From Candidatus Micrarchaeota archaeon (lineage in GTDB: Archaea > Micrarchaeota > Micrarchaeia > Micrarchaeales > CABMGC01), in assembly GCA_028866995.1 (NCBI GenBank), contig JAGWHD010000001.1, positions 17,030 through 81,029 of the forward strand: a stretch of 64,000 bases of DNA, given 5' to 3'. A model generated the notes under the pieces. That model ran no database searches. It saw only the letters and a list, made by a program, of their open reading frames with translations, and was not told the DNA's origin. Position numbers and translations under genes: made by a program. This document shows, piece after piece, positions 59,485 through 64,000 of the stretch. Each line of letters starts with the position of its first letter. The stretch's first letter is position 1.

Positions 59485-60495
59485 TTATCGCTCTATCTGC
59501 TGGTTGCAGCCTGGCACAGCGCCGAGCTGCCCGCTCAGTATGAGCTTGAGGTATCCAAGGTAAGGTATGTCGGCCACGACATACCCCACAACATCGCTGC
59601 TCGCTATCGGGTAGTTGCCCGACTGCATGTCGAGGATGGGGTTGTTGTCCCCCTTTGTGAGCAGGTAGTAGGTACCGTTGACGTCCATCGCAGCGTAAAC
59701 CCTGTGTATTATGTCTCCGGAGAACGCGTCCAGGCTCGTCGTCCTGTAGACTATTATGGGATTGCCGTAGTCAGGGGCTATTGTAGTGCCGCCTATGCTT
59801 ATCGATGATGTCTCTACAACGTTGGCCTGCTGTCCAGCTACCGATATCCTTCCGAGAGCATAATTGTACTGCACCAGGTTCTGCTGCTGGCTGGCCACGT
59901 AGCACATGTAGTTGTCATTCTGCCTCCCAAGATAGGCGTTGTCGCCCAGGCATTTGGTATTGTAGAGCCCTATCGAGTATCCTGACGATGATGCGTCGAC
60001 GTACTGGTTCACATCCGACATGTTCGATTTGGGATATGCAAGGAAGGCTGTAAACTCGCTGCGCATGCTTGAGTTCATGGACGAGAACTGCGCGGGGCTG
60101 ACGTTGGCTACTGCTATGTTTTTCGACTCGAGGAACCTCGTCATGTTGCCTATGCCGTGGAGTATGACAAGGTCGCCCCTGTGCATCGTCGGGAGCATGC
60201 TGCAGCTCGCGACGACATTGACAGGGGATTCGGTCTGCAGTATCAGGATCAGCGCTATCCAGAGCAATATGACGGCCAATATCGCTACTGCCGTGTCTAT
60301 TATGGACCTCTTGGCTCCCTCCTGCCTTATGCTTGCGGAGAACTCCATGACCAAGGTCGCGACAACCATCAGGAAAGCCGCGACCCCTATGACTATGTTG
60401 TTGTACAGTGCGTAGGCGGCTAGCAGGACCACGAGGATTATGTAGAACGGCCACATGCTTTGCTGCTTCTTCGCCCTCCTTGCCTTCGCTACCAA
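59485..60495 (-). CDS. signal peptidase I (S26B, Sec11-like) with large insertion
   Basis: N-terminal TM helices; SCSMLPTMHRGDLVILHG (boxes B/C), GDIIHRV (box D), LLTKGDNNPILD (box E). Confidence 0.7.
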   Translation of the reverse strand: MVAKARRAKKQQSMWPFYIILVVLLAAYALYNNIVIGVAAFLMVVATLVMEFSASIRQEGAKRSIIDTAVAILAVILLWIALILILQTESPVNVVASCSMLPTMHRGDLVILHGIGNMTRFLESKNIAVANVSPAQFSSMNSSMRSEFTAFLAYPKSNMSDVNQYVDASSSGYSIGLYNTKCLGDNAYLGRQNDNYMCYVASQQQNLVQYNYALGRISVAGQQANVVETSSISIGGTTIAPDYGNPIIVYRTTSLDAFSGDIIHRVYAAMDVNGTYYLLTKGDNNPILDMQSGNYPIASSDVVGYVVADIPYLGYLKLILSGQLGAVPGCNQQIER

Positions 60496-60502
60496 ACAAT
60501 CA

Positions 60503-63500
60503 TCACTTCTGCCTGCTTACCATCGAAGCTATGTCTATGCCCACTGCGTTCGATACGCCGTTGGTCTTGACGACGCCTATGGCCGCGTCGGCGTTGACTA
60601 TCAGCGAGTCGTTGTGGCTGACCACTATGAACTGCGCGTCCTTCGCCATCTGCTTTATGAGCAGCGACAGCTTCTTCGAGTTCTCCTTGTCCAGCGCCGA
60701 GTCTATCTCGTCGAATATGTAGAGCGAGCTCGGTTTCGAGGTGTGTATCGCGAAGATCAGCACCAGCGAGACGATGGAGCTCTCGCCTCCCGAGAGCGAC
60801 CCCAGCCTCCTCTCCTTGTTTCCGTTCTTGAGCGATATGTCCAGGCCGCTGTTGAGGGGATCCTGCTCGTCGTCCAGCTTGATGGTCGCATTCTCTGGGA
60901 AGATGTAGCTGTATAGCTTGGTGAAGTTCCTGTTGACCTCGTTCAGCGTGTGCATGAAGGTCTGGAGCTTCTTTGAGTCTATGTCCTCCATCATCCTGAC
61001 GACGGCCTGCTTCTCGACCTGCAGGGTGTTGACCTTCGACTGCGCCTCCTCCACGTTCCTCCTCTTCTCGACGTACGCTTCCGGCGCCTTCAGGTTCACG
61101 TTGCCCAGCTCCCCGAGCTTTGAGCTGACGACGGCCTCCTCGGCCTGCAGCTGGTCTATGCTTCCCTTGACCTTCTCTATGTTGCCTATGTAGGACTGCA
61201 GCTCGACGGAGATGTCGTTGAGCCTTGTCTCGCTCGAGCTCCTCTTTAGCCTTATGTCACCGAGCTGCCTGTTCAGGCCGTCGATCTCGGCGTTCAGCTT
61301 CGCCTGCTCCGCACCCAGCCTGCCGCTCTCAGTGTCAAGCGCGCTGAGCCTCTCGTAAGCCTTCTTGCTCGCCTTGTTGCTGTGCTTTATCTTGTCCTCT
61401 ATCTCTGCCTTGGACTTGGACAGCACCCCGGCCTTTATCTCGTTGTCCTTTATCTGCTCCTTGAGCTGCTTTATGAGGGCCGCCTTCTGCGTTGCCTCTA
61501 TGTCCAGCTCCCTGAGCCTGTCGGTGAATACGTTGCTTTCGGTTGTCAGCTGCGCTACCCTTATCTTGGTCTCGTCTGAAGTCTTGTTAAGCAGCGCGTA
61601 CCTCTCGGTCTCCGCGTTCCCTGACCTCTTCCTCTTCTTCCCTGCGCCCATTATGCGCGCCATCAGCTCGCCCTGCTCGGTCCTTGACTTGGATAGCGCG
61701 TCTGTGAGCCCCATCTTCTCCCTGTCCTTGGATTCGAGCTCCTTCCTCGTTCCGTCTATCGATTTGGAGACGCTGTTGATTGATGAGAGGAGAGCCGATG
61801 CGTCAGATTCCAATGTCTTGCGCTCCTTCTCCATTGATGAGACCGCGTTCTCCGCAGAGTTGCGTTCCATTGCGAGCTGCGCCTGCTCCTTCCTCTTGTC
61901 AAGCAGCCTCTTGTTGAGCGACTCGTTGTCGCTCCTGAGCCTTGCCTTGCCCGCTTCGAGCTCCTTTATGCCGTTCTCTATAGACGCGAGCGATACCCTC
62001 CTTCTCTGCGAGCCTCCTGACACGGTGCCTGACTGCTCGACGAGCTCGCCTTCGAGTGTGACGTACCTGTGCTTCCCTATGCCGTACTCCTTGGCGTTGT
62101 TTATGTTATCTATTATGTAGGTGTTGCTGAAGACGTACTCGAACACCTTTGAGAACCTCTGGTCGTACTTGACAGCACCCAGGAGCGGCTCCAGCCCCTT
62201 CGCCTCCTTCTGCTGCCTGTCGGCATTCAGCTCCTTCATGGGTATGAATGTGGCCCTGCCGAGCCCGTTCTTCTTGAGGTATGTTATTATCGTGTTAGCT
62301 GTTGCTATGGAGTCCACAACGAAGTACTCGAGCCTGCTGCCTGCTCCTGTCTCCACGGCTATCGCGTGCTCGCCCTTGTAGCTGCACAGCTGCGAAGCCC
62401 TCCCGTAGAAGCCGTCCTTCTCGGAGAACTGCTCTGACAGCTTCGCGGATATGTTCCCCTCCCTTGACTGCGCCGCCGCCCTCTGCGTTATGAGCTCTAT
62501 GTGCTTAGAGTCTATGGACTCTATCTCCTTGTTGTTGGCGATTATGGCCTTCTCCACATCGAGGCCTTCCTTCTGCGAGCTGTCCTGCTTTTCCCTGGCC
62601 TCCTGCGCCTTCTTCGACGATGACTTTGATGATGATTCGTTCTCCTCGATGCGGTTCCTGAGGCCCGACAATCTCTCTTCCAGCTCCTTCTTCTGCTTCT
62701 CCATCGACGAGAGGTCTGCATGCAGCTTCGAGACGTATGACTGCGAGTCCAGCACCTTCGCGTCGGTCTCCAGTATTATGGCGTTGAGCTTCTCGAGCTT
62801 CTTCTCGAGCTCCCCGCTCTGCATCTCGGATTCCATCTGCTCTATCTCCTTCTCGACCTTGGCCAGCTCGTCCTTGAGCGTCTCTAGAGTTGCGGTGTTT
62901 GCCGCTATCCTCTCAGATGCCGTCTTCCTCTCCTTCCTTATCGATTCGAGCGCGCTCTCGCTGTCCGCCAACGTGCTCCTTGCGGTCGCCAGCTCAGCCT
63001 CGACCTTTGTCGAGTCCTTGTTCAGCATGTCCAGCCTCTGCGTTATCTCGCTCATAGAGCTTTGGCTCTCGTTGAGCTCCTTGGTGAGCACCTGGCGCTC
63101 GCTGCTGAACTGCTCCAGCCTCTTCGCCAGCTCCTGGGCGCTCTTGCCGCTCTCGTTCACCTTGGAATCGAGCTGCGCCATCTCCTTTGTGCAGGAATCG
63201 TACATCTGCTGCAGCTCCTCCTTCCTGTTGGCCAATATCGTGTACTTTATGCTCCTGAGCCTGGCTGTCAGCTTCGTGAAGGTCTCTGCAGCCTCCTTCT
63301 CCTTCTCCAGCTCCCTCAGGGTTATCATCCTCTCGCTCAGCGCGACGTTAGCCTCGCTTATCTTGCTGTCTACCTTCTCGAGCTCGCGCAGCGCCTCCTG
63401 CTTCTTCACCTCGAACTCCTTTATGCCAGCAGCTATGTCTATCAGCTCCCTCCTCTCCTTAGGATTGAGCTCTATCAGGTCGTTGATCTCGCCCTGCGCT

Positions 63501-63928
63501 ATTGTGGTCGTGTCGTCGGCGCGAACCCCGTTCCTGGAGAGCAGGTCCATCACCTCCCTCCTTGACATGCTCTTGCCGTTGACCTTGTACGCTGACTTGC
63601 CGTCGGCCCTTATCATCCTGAGCACGCTCAGCTCCTGGTCCCCTGAGAACTCCATCCTGACGAACGCCTTCGATCCCTTGTTCTTGCTCTTGATGTTGTT
63701 GGATATGAGCGTCTCAAGGTTTCCCGCCCTCAGCCTCTGCAGTGAGGTCTCGCCAAGACCCAGAAGGAGCGAATCGAGTATGGCGCTCTTGCCCGAGCCG
63801 TTGGGCCCCACTATGCAGTTGAATCCCTTGCTGAATGAGAGCTCTGCTCTGTTGAAGGACTTGAACCTGTCTATGACGAGTGACTTCAAGTACAGCATTG
63901 GTGCACCGGTCGCATACGTTTTAGACAT
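60503..63928 (-). CDS. smc: chromosome segregation protein SMC
   Basis: Walker A GPNGSGKSAILDS, long coiled coils flanking a hinge (..GRATFIPM..), signature LSGGESSIVSL, Walker B LYIFDEIDSALD. Confidence 0.9.
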   Translation of the reverse strand: MSKTYATGAPMLYLKSLVIDRFKSFNRAELSFSKGFNCIVGPNGSGKSAILDSLLLGLGETSLQRLRAGNLETLISNNIKSKNKGSKAFVRMEFSGDQELSVLRMIRADGKSAYKVNGKSMSRREVMDLLSRNGVRADDTTTIAQGEINDLIELNPKERRELIDIAAGIKEFEVKKQEALRELEKVDSKISEANVALSERMITLRELEKEKEAAETFTKLTARLRSIKYTILANRKEELQQMYDSCTKEMAQLDSKVNESGKSAQELAKRLEQFSSERQVLTKELNESQSSMSEITQRLDMLNKDSTKVEAELATARSTLADSESALESIRKERKTASERIAANTATLETLKDELAKVEKEIEQMESEMQSGELEKKLEKLNAIILETDAKVLDSQSYVSKLHADLSSMEKQKKELEERLSGLRNRIEENESSSKSSSKKAQEAREKQDSSQKEGLDVEKAIIANNKEIESIDSKHIELITQRAAAQSREGNISAKLSEQFSEKDGFYGRASQLCSYKGEHAIAVETGAGSRLEYFVVDSIATANTIITYLKKNGLGRATFIPMKELNADRQQKEAKGLEPLLGAVKYDQRFSKVFEYVFSNTYIIDNINNAKEYGIGKHRYVTLEGELVEQSGTVSGGSQRRRVSLASIENGIKELEAGKARLRSDNESLNKRLLDKRKEQAQLAMERNSAENAVSSMEKERKTLESDASALLSSINSVSKSIDGTRKELESKDREKMGLTDALSKSRTEQGELMARIMGAGKKRKRSGNAETERYALLNKTSDETKIRVAQLTTESNVFTDRLRELDIEATQKAALIKQLKEQIKDNEIKAGVLSKSKAEIEDKIKHSNKASKKAYERLSALDTESGRLGAEQAKLNAEIDGLNRQLGDIRLKRSSSETRLNDISVELQSYIGNIEKVKGSIDQLQAEEAVVSSKLGELGNVNLKAPEAYVEKRRNVEEAQSKVNTLQVEKQAVVRMMEDIDSKKLQTFMHTLNEVNRNFTKLYSYIFPENATIKLDDEQDPLNSGLDISLKNGNKERRLGSLSGGESSIVSLVLIFAIHTSKPSSLYIFDEIDSALDKENSKKLSLLIKQMAKDAQFIVVSHNDSLIVNADAAIGVVKTNGVSNAVGIDIASMVSRQK

Positions 63929-64000
63929 ATCAAAGAATAAAAAGCTTTGTCACTTTTTTCGGCGCGTCCCGGCCCGGTGCAGGATTCCTGTTTATCATGT

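Noticed and set aside
1-64000. Scan for CRISPR arrays, rRNA genes, transposases/IS elements, integrases and known defence-system signatures.
   Set aside because: No regularly spaced direct repeats, no rRNA-like sequence, and no DDE/tyrosine-recombinase or Cas-like motifs were seen in any frame. The only mobile-element trace is the tRNA-Phe/TA patch reported above.

Overview
This is a gene-dense archaeal chromosomal segment, roughly 90% coding, with genes on both strands. All functional calls come from reading motifs and synteny in the supplied translations; no database search was possible.

Archaeal origin is supported by:
- r-proteins L19e, L32e, S4e, L30 and L15
- RNase P protein Rpp29
- RFC large subunit
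- an aCPSF2-like beta-CASP RNase
- archaeal riboflavin synthase
- a tRNA intron that can fold into a bulge-helix-bulge motif

The class III signal peptide/LamG family and the fragmented operons are reminiscent of small-genome acidophilic lineages (Micrarchaeota/ARMAN-like or relatives of Thermoplasmata). This window alone cannot prove that.

Content:
- The argF 3' end and pyrH.
- A truncated ribosomal-protein operon: rnp1-S17-L14-L24-S4e-L5-S14-S8-L6-L32e-L19e-L18-S5. Its usual continuation, L30-L15, sits about 40 kb away.
- A PadR / ABC ATPase / ABC-2 permease / surface-protein / MTAP gene string.
- A presenilin-like intramembrane protease.
- A 1267-aa repeat-containing surface protein.
- GT2 and GT4 glycosyltransferases.
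- A VKOR + DUF929-like thiol-oxidoreductase pair.
- A long HMG-CoA-synthase-like protein.
- alkA, thiE, ribH and ribC.
- A RelE/RHH toxin-antitoxin pair in an AT-rich patch next to tRNA-Phe.
- A Hef-like helicase.
- Four tRNAs: Phe-GAA, Gly-GCC, an intron-containing Gly-UCC, and Glu-CUC.
- pheS and pheT, and rfcL.
- An osmoadaptation neighbourhood: MscS, a fused trehalose-6-P synthase/phosphatase, and a CPA2 antiporter.
- ogt, a Rieske protein and mtnA.
- A ZIP transporter with a divergent NikR-like regulator.
- A signal peptidase and smc.

The most notable signal is a dispersed family of four pilin-like (class III signal peptide) LamG lectin-fold proteins. Their termini are nearly identical and their cores are hypervariable. 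Their LamG strand order appears circularly permuted.
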